Part shown: positions 1-7,885 of the stretch, piece after piece | Numbering within the stretch: the first letter of the stretch is position 1 | Layout of the letters: the number at the start of each line of letters is the position of its first letter | IMG/VR virus record: IMGVR_UViG_3300049780_000015 | Span: 1-33,850 of that record | Source: a virus | Lineage: Duplodnaviria > Caudoviricetes | Length of the DNA: 33,850 nt | Reading direction: 5' to 3' (one strand) | Program-made: the position numbers and the translations under genes | Notes under the pieces: model-generated | Told to the model about the DNA's origin: nothing | Databases searched by the model: none | The model's input: only the letters and a program-made list of their open reading frames with translations

Positions 1-127
1 TGCTACCGCAATCTATCGGATTGCCGTGACGGATGCGCTCATGAGCCTGGTGAGATTTGCCGATCCGGACTGACCCACAGCTGGCCCATAGGTCCAAAAA
101 TTGGCCAAAGTCGAGCTAAGAAACCGT

Positions 128-142
128 GAACAAAATGAGAAC
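128..142 (+). promoter_or_regulatory. Alphaproteobacterial LexA (SOS) box GAAC-N7-GAAC
   Basis: GAACAAAATGAGAAC at 128-142, just upstream of RBS GGAGA (151-155) and TTG start at 161. Confidence 0.8.
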
Positions 143-160
143 AATAATAAGGAGAAACGA

Positions 161-451
161 TTGTCTGTCCTGCTCCCGCCTTCGTCCCGCAGCGGCTCCG
201 CTGTGCGTCCCGTACTTCAAGAACGAAAGTTCCGACTCTCCCTGAAATGCCTGGAATGCCAGCATGAGCATCCGCTGGAATTCACCCTCTTCGATGAGCC
301 GGACGATCCGGCAACGACGCATGACTTCTATGACTGCGGAGTCATGGATCACATCCGCTTCCAATGCGAACGCTGCGGTCATGAGCATGCCAGCTACAGC
401 GAAGTGATCTTTATCGAGGATGCTACGACCGTCAGGAACTATGGAGGTTGA
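161..451 (+). CDS. Small zinc-ribbon protein with two CxxC pairs, probably SOS-regulated
   Basis: CLECQHEH and CERCGHEH motifs; start moved from 101 to the in-frame TTG at 161 behind RBS GGAGA. Confidence 0.7.
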   Translation: MSVLLPPSSRSGSAVRPVLQERKFRLSLKCLECQHEHPLEFTLFDEPDDPATTHDFYDCGVMDHIRFQCERCGHEHASYSEVIFIEDATTVRNYGG

Positions 452-452
452 G

Positions 453-818
453 ATGGAAGGTCCGGATGGCGTCCTATCGGCTCCCTGTTATGTCGTGCAG
501 ACCTTCACCGATCTGAACGGCCAGCTGGTGCCAGATATGCCGCTGGACGCATCTAACGCTTCTGAGGCTGCGGATTTCGCGCTCGCTTTTCGATCATGTA
601 AAGCGGGCGTCATCGCCTTTGAGTGGTCGGGAGAGATGCATAGCGGGCGGTACGACCCGCCCTACGTCCTCGCTAGATTTGGTAGGATCCCCAACGAGTG
701 CCGGGCTTGGATGCTAGGGGGGTCGATAAAAAGAAAAAGGCCCTCCTGGAAAAGGCACAGCCTCAAACCGGCAGTGCCTGGTTATCGAAGACGAACCGAA
801 CCAAGGCAAGGATCGTGA
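453..818 (+). CDS. Hypothetical protein of a small alphaproteobacterial family (YVVQTF...GVIAF...G.YD.P.VLARFG.IP)
   Basis: RBS GGAGG 443-447 before ATG 453; directly follows the zinc-ribbon gene; 3' end overlaps the 3' end of cI by 56 nt. Confidence 0.7.
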   Translation: MEGPDGVLSAPCYVVQTFTDLNGQLVPDMPLDASNASEAADFALAFRSCKAGVIAFEWSGEMHSGRYDPPYVLARFGRIPNECRAWMLGGSIKRKRPSWKRHSLKPAVPGYRRRTEPRQGS

Positions 819-1503
819 CTTCTTTGCCGTCGTCGGTGTGATAGTCCTTCCTCACGATGATGGGCTTGTAGGCTGGGTTAGTTGACCGCGGATGGAACTC
901 GGTCCGGTCCGGGAAGACCCGCATCTCCTTGACGGAGCGCTCTCGGAGTTGGCCGTCCGCCGTCGTCTGCTGCACGACCACGTTGAGGCCGTCCTTCGGC
1001 TCCAGGTCGAGATCCTCCCAAACCGCGCAGATGATGTAGTCGCCGTCATTCATCGGCTTGGGTCGCGCCTGATTCATGGAATCGCCCTTCACCCGATATG
1101 CTCGCTGCTTGGCATATGGGAAAACCGGATCCCGTGGCGCAGAGACCACGTCGCCCAAATCATCATCGAAGACCTCAAGGGCCAGGAACGCGCCTGCCTG
1201 AACGGACCCGTCGATCTTTGCAAATCCAAAGGATCCTTGGGCTGGGAGCTCCTCGATTGTGCTCGCATCCGCCTGGTGCGACCCACCCGGGTTTGGTCCG
1301 TCACCTGTCAGGAGCCAACCAGGCGATACCTTGAAGGCCTTGCCATAAATGGCAGCTCGATCCGGATCAAAGTCGTTCTGACCGTTCTCATGAGCGGCAT
1401 AAGTTGACGGCGTCCAGCCAAACTTGACTGCAGCCGATCGCGCGGAGCTAAACCCCGCCGAAATACGTGCGGACTTAAGCCGCTCACTCATGTCTTGATT
1501 CAT
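763..1503 (-). CDS. cI: CI-like repressor (Cro/C1 HTH plus S24 autopeptidase)
   Basis: N-terminal HTH (ERLKSARISAGF...TYAAHENG...VSPGWLLTG), Ala-Gly cleavage site (VQAG), catalytic Ser (VKGDSM) and Lys (SVKE); divergent from cro; start at ATG 1503 or 1491, not 1938. Confidence 0.92.
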   Translation of the reverse strand: MNQDMSERLKSARISAGFSSARSAAVKFGWTPSTYAAHENGQNDFDPDRAAIYGKAFKVSPGWLLTGDGPNPGGSHQADASTIEELPAQGSFGFAKIDGSVQAGAFLALEVFDDDLGDVVSAPRDPVFPYAKQRAYRVKGDSMNQARPKPMNDGDYIICAVWEDLDLEPKDGLNVVVQQTTADGQLRERSVKEMRVFPDRTEFHPRSTNPAYKPIIVRKDYHTDDGKEVTILALVRFVFDNQALPV

Positions 1504-1578
1504 GTGCGGACTATCACATTTCGTGTTAACATAAATCATGTTGACATTATCAACACGTTCTGTGTACATTATGTCCTC
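1504..1578. promoter_or_regulatory. OR-like divergent promoter/operator region
   Basis: AT-rich; plus strand TTGACA (1541-1546) then 18 nt then TACATT (1565-1570); minus strand extended -10 TGtGATAGT ending 6 nt before the cI ATG; three 15-bp palindromes at 1513-1527, 1528-1542 and 1552-1566. Confidence 0.8.
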
Positions 1579-1851
1579 ATGCAGACCATTTCTGACATCT
1601 TCGATGCGTTTGGTGGGCCGAGTGCGGTCTCCCGAGCGCTTGCCGTGAACCCCTCGACTGCATCTGAAATGAAGCGCAGGCGTTCGATCCCGGTGGCCTA
1701 CTGGCCTCGTCTCATTGAAGCCGCAGGCGAGCGTGGAATCGCGGGCATCACCTACGAGGTGCTCGTCAACGCCCATGCTCATCCCGCAGGCGCGGAGAAT
1801 GGGCCACCTCGTCCCAGCAGCCTCGGAGCCGCTGCTGTCGAGGTGCTGTGA
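1579..1851 (+). CDS. cro: Cro-like HTH protein (carph-isopro type)
   Basis: IFDAFGGPSAVSRALAVNPSTASEMKRRRSIPVAYWPRLIEAA is a Cro-like HTH; divergent from cI; start ATG 1579. Confidence 0.85.
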   Translation: MQTISDIFDAFGGPSAVSRALAVNPSTASEMKRRRSIPVAYWPRLIEAAGERGIAGITYEVLVNAHAHPAGAENGPPRPSSLGAAAVEVL

Positions 1852-2144
1852 TGGCTCACCTCGTTCGCACGAATGCCCGTGGCGAACGCGAGCACCTGAC
1901 CCAGGATGGGTGGGTCCGCGTCGATCATGGATCGTCACTCCCGCCCAGCCTTCGGCCTGGTCTCGCGCTCGAGGAGCCGCTTGAGCTGGCGCCGAATGTG
2001 CGCGCGGATCTCACGGTCCGAGACGCCCTGGCGCCGGTCGCCGGCACCACCCTCGCACTTCCTCCCGTCATCCCGGCTCACGACGCCCCCCATTCTGCGT
2101 CGGAAACTGCCACGCTTGATTTTTCACGGGTGGAAAATGTCTAG
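1848..2144 (+). CDS. Hypothetical phage protein
   Basis: Overlaps the cro stop codon and the next start, consistent with translational coupling; no motif recognised. Confidence 0.5.
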   Translation: MMAHLVRTNARGEREHLTQDGWVRVDHGSSLPPSLRPGLALEEPLELAPNVRADLTVRDALAPVAGTTLALPPVIPAHDAPHSASETATLDFSRVENV

Positions 2145-2529
2145 GCTCTACACGCCTGAAGACGCGTTGGAGCGCCTTCATCCGAAGCTGGTCGCGCTGA
2201 TCGAGCATCAGAAGCTCGTGTGCGGGTGCGCCATGAAGGCCGTCAGAGCTGTGGCTCAACGCGTCGGGACATCCGAGCAGTGGGTGCGCCGCATCACCGG
2301 CCGCTACGGCAGGGTGAAGGTCCAAGCCCACCAGTTCATCAACGTTGCTCGCGAGCACATTCGCATGAAGCGACGCCGCAAACGCACGAACGCCTCCGAG
2401 GGTTTCCCAGCGGAGGCGTCGCGGGTCCGACCGTGGAAGCCTGGGGGCATCGATAGGCGGGACACTAGCCAGGAAGCTAGCCCAGTCCTCCCGCCTGTCG
2501 AGACCGGAAGCGGATTACCCCGCCCGTAA
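2137..2529 (+). CDS. Putative HTH regulator in the CII position
   Basis: AVRAVAQRVGTSEQWVRRITGR looks like an HTH; ATG 2137 behind GGTGGA; downstream of cro. Confidence 0.55.
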   Translation: MSRLYTPEDALERLHPKLVALIEHQKLVCGCAMKAVRAVAQRVGTSEQWVRRITGRYGRVKVQAHQFINVAREHIRMKRRRKRTNASEGFPAEASRVRPWKPGGIDRRDTSQEASPVLPPVETGSGLPRP

Positions 2530-2567
2530 TCAACAATCTCTTTCGAGGCAACTGGAGCACTGAGCAC

Positions 2568-3080
2568 ATGGCAAAGCGTAAGAAGGCCAAAGAGCAGAAG
2601 ACGATCAAGACGACGGCAGTCGATTTCCAGAACGCCGTCAGGGACGCCAATGGCGCGAAGCTGCGCGCCAAGAATGCGTCGAGCAGCAAGTCCACGGCTG
2701 TGACCGACTTCTGCACCAAGAGCGGTTTCGCCAAGAAGCCCTTCGGCATCATCCTGCAGCTGGCCGAGATGGAGGACAGCAAGCGCGATGACACCGTGCG
2801 CCAGATCCTCATGGGCTACGAGCTCATGGGCTGGGGCAAGCAGCAGGACATGTTCGACGACATCGGCGAGCGCATTGCCGCCGCCAAGACGGCTGCTGAG
2901 GACGAAGCCAAGGCTAGGAAAGGCCAGCCGAAGGGCTCCGAGGGTCTGCCGCTCGACGAAGCCGCCAAGCGCTTCGGCGCGAATGCCCACAAGGCTCCGA
3001 AGGCTCAGCGCTCCGAGGATGCTCCGACGGTCGTGTTCCCCGATCCGCCGGCCGCCACCCGCCCCGGCGCCGTTGCTTGA
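2568..3080 (+). CDS. Basic DNA-binding protein, distantly GapR/DUF2312-like
   Basis: RBS GGAG; KSGFAKKPFGIILQLAEMEDSKRDDTVRQILMGYELMGW..QQDMF resembles the GapR helix 2-3 pattern; family call tentative. Confidence 0.6.
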   Translation: MAKRKKAKEQKTIKTTAVDFQNAVRDANGAKLRAKNASSSKSTAVTDFCTKSGFAKKPFGIILQLAEMEDSKRDDTVRQILMGYELMGWGKQQDMFDDIGERIAAAKTAAEDEAKARKGQPKGSEGLPLDEAAKRFGANAHKAPKAQRSEDAPTVVFPDPPAATRPGAVA

Positions 3081-3583
3081 TCCAGGAGGCCGGCTTGAGC
3101 AGCGATCCTATCACCATCCGTCTTGCGGGCGTGCCTGAAGGTAAGGGGCGTGCCCGCTCGACCTTGATCAAGCCGCGGGGCAAGCCGGCCTTCATCTCGA
3201 ATTACACCCCGGCGAACACGCGCCGGTATGAGGGCAACCTGAAATTCGTCGCTCAGGAAGTCATGGGCGACCGGGCTCCGCTTGAGGGACCGCTGAAGGT
3301 CTGTGTCTTCGCCTCGTTCCCGGTACCGGCGAGCTGGTCGAAGAAGAAGCAGGAGGCAGCACTCGCAGGCCAGATTCGGCCGACCACCAAGCCCGATGCC
3401 GACAACCTGCTGAAGACGCTCGATGCGCTCAACCAGGTTGTCTGGCGCGATGACTCGCAGATCGTCGATGGCTTCGTGCGCAAGTTCTACAGCGAGACGC
3501 CTGGTATCGTCGTAACGATCGAGCACGCTTTTCCTGTCGCGGTGCCGGCGCAGCCGACCCTTTTCGCAGGGGAGGCGGCATGA
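3077..3583 (+). CDS. rusA: RusA-family Holliday junction resolvase
   Basis: GVPEGKGRAR, TKPDADNLLKTLDALNQVVWRDDSQIV with conserved Asp residues. Confidence 0.93.
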   Translation: MIQEAGLSSDPITIRLAGVPEGKGRARSTLIKPRGKPAFISNYTPANTRRYEGNLKFVAQEVMGDRAPLEGPLKVCVFASFPVPASWSKKKQEAALAGQIRPTTKPDADNLLKTLDALNQVVWRDDSQIVDGFVRKFYSETPGIVVTIEHAFPVAVPAQPTLFAGEAA

Positions 3584-3876
3584 GCTACGACCCCGCATAT
3601 CCCACAGCAGTGACCATCCAGCGCCAGGCCGAAGTCCTGAATATTACCGACGAGCAGGCGCTCGAAGGCTATTTCAGCTTCATCCGCACACGCGAGAGCA
3701 AGGCCGAGAAGTACCCGGATTTCGTCCAGGCACGCAAAGCCGCGAGCCACACCCTGAAGCGCCTCGCCACCATGGCCGAGCAGGTCAGCGAAGAGTGGGT
3801 TGAGAACTGCCTCTCCACCATGGAGGGCAAGGCTCAGGAGATCGCGGAGAAGCGGGAACAGGGCAGGGCGGCATGA
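3580..3876 (+). CDS. Hypothetical phage protein
   Basis: RBS GGGAGG; ATGA overlaps with both neighbours. Confidence 0.8.
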   Translation: MSYDPAYPTAVTIQRQAEVLNITDEQALEGYFSFIRTRESKAEKYPDFVQARKAASHTLKRLATMAEQVSEEWVENCLSTMEGKAQEIAEKREQGRAA

Positions 3877-5333
3877 ACAACGTCCTCCCATTCGATCCAG
3901 CCCATCACGGCGCACGCCAAGAGCGTAATCCCGCCATCAATACGGATATGGAGCAGGAAGTGCTTGCCGCGCTCCTGGCCGTGCCGGCGGAGATCGCACG
4001 CGTTCAGACGATCCTGAAGCCAGAGTACTTCTCCGAGCAGCTCCACCAGCTCACCTACGCGGCCATGATCGAGATCGCTGAAGCCGATGGTCTTCCGACG
4101 GCCGGCCAGCTCTATCAACGTCTGGGGCCGAAGGTCGCTGAGACTGCGATCACCGAGGACGTGAATGTCCGCCAGTACCTGGCCGAGCTCGCACGCATCG
4201 GAGGCATGCCCGGCGCTCCGCTGCTGACGCACGCTCGCATGATCCGGGATCTGTACATCCTCCGGCATGTCGAGGCCCTCGGTACCGAGATCGGCGCCAA
4301 GCAGGGCTACGACCCATGCGTCTTCCTGGATGAGCACTTCGAGAAGCTCGATGAGGTCCGAGCGCTCCGGATGGACAAGCAGCTCAAGACCGTCACCCTC
4401 TCAGCCGCGGGAGCAGCCCTCATGTCCATGATCGAAGCTGACCTGAAGGGCGAGCGCCCCGTGCTCGCCTCCACCGGCATCACCCGCTTTGACGCCGAGA
4501 TCGGCGGTGGCCTGCGGCCCTCGTCCCTCACCACGCTCGCCGCCCGCACCAGCATGGGCAAGTCGATCGTCGGGCTCGAGGTGGTGCTCAACTCCGCCAA
4601 GCAGGGCTTCGGCTGCATCTACCACTCCCTCGAAATGCCGAAGGAGCAGGTGATGGCGCGCCTGGCCTCATCCTGGCTGGAGAATAAGCGCCAGAGGATT
4701 CCCTTCGCTCGCATCATGGCACCGAAGGGCCTGACAGCAGACGAGGCTCGAGAGGTGGCCTATGCCATCCACGAGCTCGCGCCCCTGCACATGATGATCG
4801 AGGACGGCGGCGGCCGCACGATTCAGGAGATCGCCGTTTCCTCCGAGCGGCTGATGAACGCCTATGTCCGAAAGGGCATCCAGCCCGGCCCGATCGTCAT
4901 CGACCATGCCCACATCGTCAGACCCGGCCGGAAGTACAATCGCGAGGACGAGGGACTGAAGGAGGTTGCCGACGGCTCCCTGGCGCTGGCGAAGCGCCTC
5001 GACGTGCCGGTGCTGCTCCTCGCCCAGTGCAACCGCAATACCGAGGGCCGCGACGACAAGCGCCCGTCGCTGGCAGACGTCCGCGGCGCCGGCACGTTCG
5101 AGGAGAACTCTGACGCCGTCGTGTTCCTCTACCGCCCGGCCTATTACATCGAGCGGTCTGCCAAATTCCGGGAAGGCGACATCGCCACCCACGACGAATA
5201 CGAGGCGGCCAAGCACGCCCTCGAAATCATCATCGACAAGAACCGCGCAGGGCGCTCGAACCAGGTCGTGCAGGCCTGGGTCGATCCGGCCCTGAACGCG
5301 GTCCGCAATCTCCAGAACCGGTACGGGGCATAG
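3873..5333 (+). CDS. dnaB: DnaB-like replicative helicase
   Basis: DnaB N-domain (EQEVLAALL..LKPEYF..HQLTY), Walker A AARTSMGKS, SLEM, IVIDH, LAQCNR, RPSLADVRGAGTFEENSDAVVFLYR, IIDKNRAG. Confidence 0.93.
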   Translation: MNNVLPFDPAHHGARQERNPAINTDMEQEVLAALLAVPAEIARVQTILKPEYFSEQLHQLTYAAMIEIAEADGLPTAGQLYQRLGPKVAETAITEDVNVRQYLAELARIGGMPGAPLLTHARMIRDLYILRHVEALGTEIGAKQGYDPCVFLDEHFEKLDEVRALRMDKQLKTVTLSAAGAALMSMIEADLKGERPVLASTGITRFDAEIGGGLRPSSLTTLAARTSMGKSIVGLEVVLNSAKQGFGCIYHSLEMPKEQVMARLASSWLENKRQRIPFARIMAPKGLTADEAREVAYAIHELAPLHMMIEDGGGRTIQEIAVSSERLMNAYVRKGIQPGPIVIDHAHIVRPGRKYNREDEGLKEVADGSLALAKRLDVPVLLLAQCNRNTEGRDDKRPSLADVRGAGTFEENSDAVVFLYRPAYYIERSAKFREGDIATHDEYEAAKHALEIIIDKNRAGRSNQVVQAWVDPALNAVRNLQNRYGA

Positions 5334-5335
5334 TT

Positions 5336-6286
5336 ATGAAGGGCGAATTTTACCGGATGGAGTATGAGGCTTGGGACGAGGGGACAGATGAGCTGACCCT
5401 CGAACAGGAGGCCGCATACCTACGTCTGTGCCATCAGATGTATCGTCGTCGGGGTGCCGTCCCTGACAATCCGGCCACTCTTGCGCGTATCTGGCGGTGC
5501 CATCCGAACAAGGCGCGCAAGCTTCTCGATGACCTCCTCGCTGCAGGCAAGGTCTCAAAATCCGAAGACGGTCTCACGAACACCCGGGTGGGACAGGAGC
5601 TACACCACAGGGGGATCACCTCGACACACCGTGCAGACGCGGGTCGGACAGGTGGCATACGAAGTGGGGAAAATCGGCGTAAGCCGTTGAAAAGTGGCGA
5701 TGCAGGCGAAGCACTTGCTTCAAGCCAAACGAACCAGAGAAGAGAAGAGAAGAGTAGAGAAGAGCAGCACAGCGTTGAGGTATCAGAGACGTCGGATCAA
5801 AAGCCGGCGCTCGACGATCGAACGTTGGAGGCTGCGCTGCGCGAAGCTGCCGGATTGATCGATGATCCGAGCCCAAACCTGTTCGTCGTGGGTCCAGTCC
5901 ACGCCCTGATCGGCGAGGGATACGACCTCGAACGTCACATCCTGCCGGTGGTCCGCAGCCTGAAAGCCCAGGGCAAACGCTGGTCGAATTGGCGCTACAT
6001 CGTCCCGGCCGTTCGGGAGCAGAACGCCGCTCCTGCTTCGCCGGACAAGGCCCAGGCCGCCGCGCCTGTCGACGAAGCCAAGATCCGCCGCGGGATGATC
6101 TCGATGGCCAAGGGCTACCTGATCGATGACCGCTGGTCCGACAGCTGGGGCCCGCGTCGCGGCGAGACCGGGTGCCGGATCCCCGCTGAAATCTGGAGCG
6201 AGGCCGAGGCGATTGTAAGCGCCGAGAAGGCCGCGTTGGAGGAGGCTTTGCGTGGCAAGGCAAACGGTCTCGCTGCCCATCACTGA
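5336..6286 (+). CDS. Phage replication initiator (YdaU/DUF1376-like winged helix)
   Basis: FYRMEYEAWDEGTDELTLEQEAAYLRLCHQMY N-terminus, AGRTGGIRSGENRR, REEKSREE linker typical of lambdoid O-like proteins. Confidence 0.8.
   Translation: MKGEFYRMEYEAWDEGTDELTLEQEAAYLRLCHQMYRRRGAVPDNPATLARIWRCHPNKARKLLDDLLAAGKVSKSEDGLTNTRVGQELHHRGITSTHRADAGRTGGIRSGENRRKPLKSGDAGEALASSQTNQRREEKSREEQHSVEVSETSDQKPALDDRTLEAALREAAGLIDDPSPNLFVVGPVHALIGEGYDLERHILPVVRSLKAQGKRWSNWRYIVPAVREQNAAPASPDKAQAAAPVDEAKIRRGMISMAKGYLIDDRWSDSWGPRRGETGCRIPAEIWSEAEAIVSAEKAALEEALRGKANGLAAHH
5708..5764 (+). repeat. Putative replication origin: palindrome plus (AGAGA)n purine tract
   Basis: GAAGCA-CT-TGCTTC at 5708-5721; about six AGAGA-type pentamers at 5736-5764, inside the initiator linker. 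Confidence 0.55.
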
Positions 6287-6638
6287 ACCCCTGCCGGCAT
6301 GGACGCCGGAGATGGTCTGCGAGCGCATGGTCGAAGCCTTCCGCCAGCTGCCGAAGGTCCCGGTCTACAGCCCTCAGGCCAACCTGCTGCAGCCGGCTCT
6401 CCACCAGGCACGCCCGGCCGATCTGGACCTCATCTCGATGTCGGCGCACTACCTGGCGCGGAACTCGGACGAGCGCCGCTTCCTCCTCGCCTGGGCATCA
6501 GCCCGGGCGTCCGGCCGCTCCGTCCGCGAGGTCTGCCGTGAGATGCACTGGCCAAGGGAGAACGTCCGGCGCAAGCGCCACAAAGCCTGCCGGATCATCG
6601 CCGAGAGCCTGAATCGGGATGGTATTCCGGCGTTCTAG
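6252..6638 (+). CDS. Putative HTH regulator (DUF6362-like)
   Basis: WTPEMVCERMVEAFRQL N-terminus and a C-terminal sigma4-like HTH (SVREVCREMHWPRENVRRKRHKACRIIAESLN). Confidence 0.7.
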   Translation: MARQTVSLPITEPLPAWTPEMVCERMVEAFRQLPKVPVYSPQANLLQPALHQARPADLDLISMSAHYLARNSDERRFLLAWASARASGRSVREVCREMHWPRENVRRKRHKACRIIAESLNRDGIPAF

Positions 6639-6646
6639 GAATGTTC
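6632..6646 (+). promoter_or_regulatory. Second LexA (SOS) box GTTC-N7-GTTC
   Basis: GTTCTAGGAATGTTC (reverse complement GAACATTCCTAGAAC), 75 nt upstream of ATG 6722. Confidence 0.65.
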
Positions 6647-6721
6647 TGAAATTTCGCTTGAAAGTGGGTCCACTTCTCCACGACGCTCCCGCGCATAACA
6701 ATCTTTGCCGTGGGGGCAGAC

Positions 6722-7285
6722 ATGAAGGCCAGAAAGCTGGCAAAGCTCGGGCGAAAGCGCGAGGACGGTGAGCGTGAGCCGAATGGCCGTCTCAGCCGAA
6801 CAACCAAGAAGCAAATTGAGGCCAAGAACCCGAACGAGATGAAGCGGCTGCGGGATGCCGCCATTCTCGGAATGCGGGATCCTCTCTGGGGAACGGAGCT
6901 AGGACGGCTCTTCCTCCGCAATCGGATCGATGAGGTTCAATTTGAGGCCGGCAAGCGCTGGCGAAACCTCGTCGACACCTGGCGCAAGAACCAGGTGGGA
7001 CCGCAGATCGATCCGAAGTCGGGCCTCTCCGTGCTCTTCGTCGAGAACAGGGGGCGTGGCCGGGACAGAACCTACGATCCTGACGTGGTCGCCGCCACTC
7101 AGGAAACGGATCTGGCTCTGCGTCACGCCCTCGATGCCCTAAACGGGGCAGGGCAGCTCGAGAGCCGGACAGTTCGGGACTGCTGCGAAATGGAAATCCC
7201 CATCATCGGCTTGAGCGAGATCTGGTGGCTCAGGGATGGACTGGACGCCCTGGCCACTCACTGGCGGCTAGGATCAAACAAATGA
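6722..7285 (+). CDS. Putative late-gene regulator in the Q position (DUF6456-like)
   Basis: REPNGRLSR, GTELGRLFLRNRIDEVQFEAGKRW, LRDGLDALATHW; last gene of the early operon before the late promoter and terminator. Confidence 0.7.
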   Translation: MKARKLAKLGRKREDGEREPNGRLSRTTKKQIEAKNPNEMKRLRDAAILGMRDPLWGTELGRLFLRNRIDEVQFEAGKRWRNLVDTWRKNQVGPQIDPKSGLSVLFVENRGRGRDRTYDPDVVAATQETDLALRHALDALNGAGQLESRTVRDCCEMEIPIIGLSEIWWLRDGLDALATHWRLGSNK

Positions 7286-7432
7286 GCCGCTCGCGCTGCC
7301 ACTTCCGACACGATACATTATCCTGTATCTAAGGGTTGAAAGGTCTGAATTAGGAGCATGAACGCACCTTTGGTCCTCTACCGTTCGCCCGCGCGTACCT
7401 CTAAATATGCGCTACAAGGGTAGGAGACCTAA

Positions 7433-7729
7433 ATGGGATACTGGAAGCACAAAGCCGCCAAAGACGAGGAGAACTATGAGTGGGCGCGAAGGCTTCTTTG
7501 TGAAGCCAAAGTTTTGAGAGAGTGCGAGAACCATCTTGGGACTTACTTCGATGGTCCTACCGATATTGAGGCAGCCTATCGGTTGATGAACGCTCGGGTA
7601 AGCTCAGGTGAAATCGAACTGGAAGAAGGGCAAACGCGACGTGATCTGACTGATCTGTTGAAGTCTGCCTACGAGGATAACTCCGGTCTTGAGAGCTGCC
7701 CTCAGTGTGATCGGAACAATCGCGATTAA
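7433..7729 (+). CDS. Hypothetical moron with CxxH/CxxC metal-binding motifs
   Basis: RBS AGGAGA; CENH and CPQC; codon usage more AT-rich than the core genes. Confidence 0.8.
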   Translation: MGYWKHKAAKDEENYEWARRLLCEAKVLRECENHLGTYFDGPTDIEAAYRLMNARVSSGEIELEEGQTRRDLTDLLKSAYEDNSGLESCPQCDRNNRD

Positions 7730-7768
7730 CACAGCGAGCAGATGGGTGAATAAGCGCGTTGAGAATGC

Positions 7769-7798
7769 TTGACACCGAGCCTTCTTGAAGTCAGAAAT
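7769..7798 (+). promoter_or_regulatory. Putative late (PR'-like) promoter
   Basis: Perfect TTGACA at 7769-7774 with a weak -10; followed about 45 nt later by a strong terminator hairpin. Confidence 0.45.
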
Positions 7799-7817
7799 GT
7801 CACCTATCTACTGATTG

Positions 7818-7860
7818 GAAGTGCGCCCGGAGTTTGTAACTCGCCGGGCGCTTTCTTTTT
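7818..7860 (+). terminator. Intrinsic terminator (tR'-like)
   Basis: GCGCCCGG...CCGGGCGC stem with inner AGTT/AACT pairing, then TTTCTTTTT. Confidence 0.8.
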
Positions 7861-7885
7861 CGGCCCTCCTCACAATGTATCGCCT

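Noticed and set aside
2-73. Possible 3' end of a plus-strand gene (...ATAIYRIAVTDALMSLVRFADPD*)
   Set aside because: Only 23 codons visible; cannot be identified.
1504-1938. 145-aa N-terminal extension of cI in the ORF track
   Set aside because: It runs through the operator region and antisense over cro; the HTH begins at about 1491-1503.
5736-5764. (AGAGA)n as a phase-variable repeat or CRISPR remnant
   Set aside because: Imperfect, in frame, and matches the REEK-type linker usual in phage initiators; no spacers.
7358-7423. 21-aa ORF after AGGAG
   Set aside because: The RBS is only 1 nt from the ATG and the peptide has no features.
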